NCBI RefSeq assembly: GCF_006345805.1
Contig: NC_043020.1
Span: forward strand, 21,266,001-21,330,000
Reading direction: 5' to 3'
DNA: 64,000 nt
Source: Octopus sinensis
Lineage: Eukaryota
Shown: positions 63,929-64,000 of the stretch, in pieces
Layout of the letters: every line of letters starts with the position of its first letter
How positions within the stretch are numbered: position 1 is the stretch's first letter
Made by a program: the position numbers and the translations under genes
Notes under the pieces: generated by a model
The model's database searches: none
The model's input: only the letters and a program-made list of their open reading frames with translations
What the model was told of the DNA's origin: nothing

Positions 63929-64000
63929 TATACATACACACATATATATATTTTTTTACATACATACACGCACGCACACACATAATACATGCGTATAATC
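61727..64000. repeat. (AAAAAT)n followed by ~2 kb of (TA)/(CA)/(TACA) compound microsatellite with local tandem duplications
   Basis: Direct inspection. Confidence 0.92.

Noticed and set aside
61716-64000. Long Y/I/H/T/V/C/M-rich ORFs (e.g. 62039-63016, 325 aa) and similar ones at 5153-5550 and 36421-36708
   Set aside because: These are translations of (TA)/(CA)/(TG) microsatellites, which lack stop codons by composition.

Overview
AT-rich, microsatellite-rich eukaryotic DNA. The SINE families and RTE 3' tails suggest an octopus (coleoid cephalopod) genome, which is an inference from repeat content. The only host gene I can support is a minus-strand TRAPPC9 (NIBP/Trs120) orthologue. Eight short GT-AG exons (56216 down to 8345, 902 nt in total) splice in phase into one stop-free peptide matching the C-terminal half of TRAPPC9. 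Both ends of the gene lie outside the window. The rest is intronic and full of mostly dead mobile elements: hAT, two full-length mariners, piggyBac, Chapaev-like, a Tc2/pogo-type MITE, non-autonomous Helitrons, RTE, CR1/L2, R4/Dong, Hero and Penelope-like retroelements, plus two tRNA-derived SINE families, often nested. The most interesting signals are several hammerhead-ribozyme relics (one near-perfect and sense to the host pre-mRNA), a hammerhead-like motif behind a Hero element, a possible in-frame cassette exon, head-to-tail SINE arrays used as landing sites, fold-back repeats, and a CpG-rich CR1 family that may be horizontally acquired. I found no CRISPR array, rRNA, true tRNA gene or prokaryote-type system. 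All homology statements come from motif recognition, not database searches.
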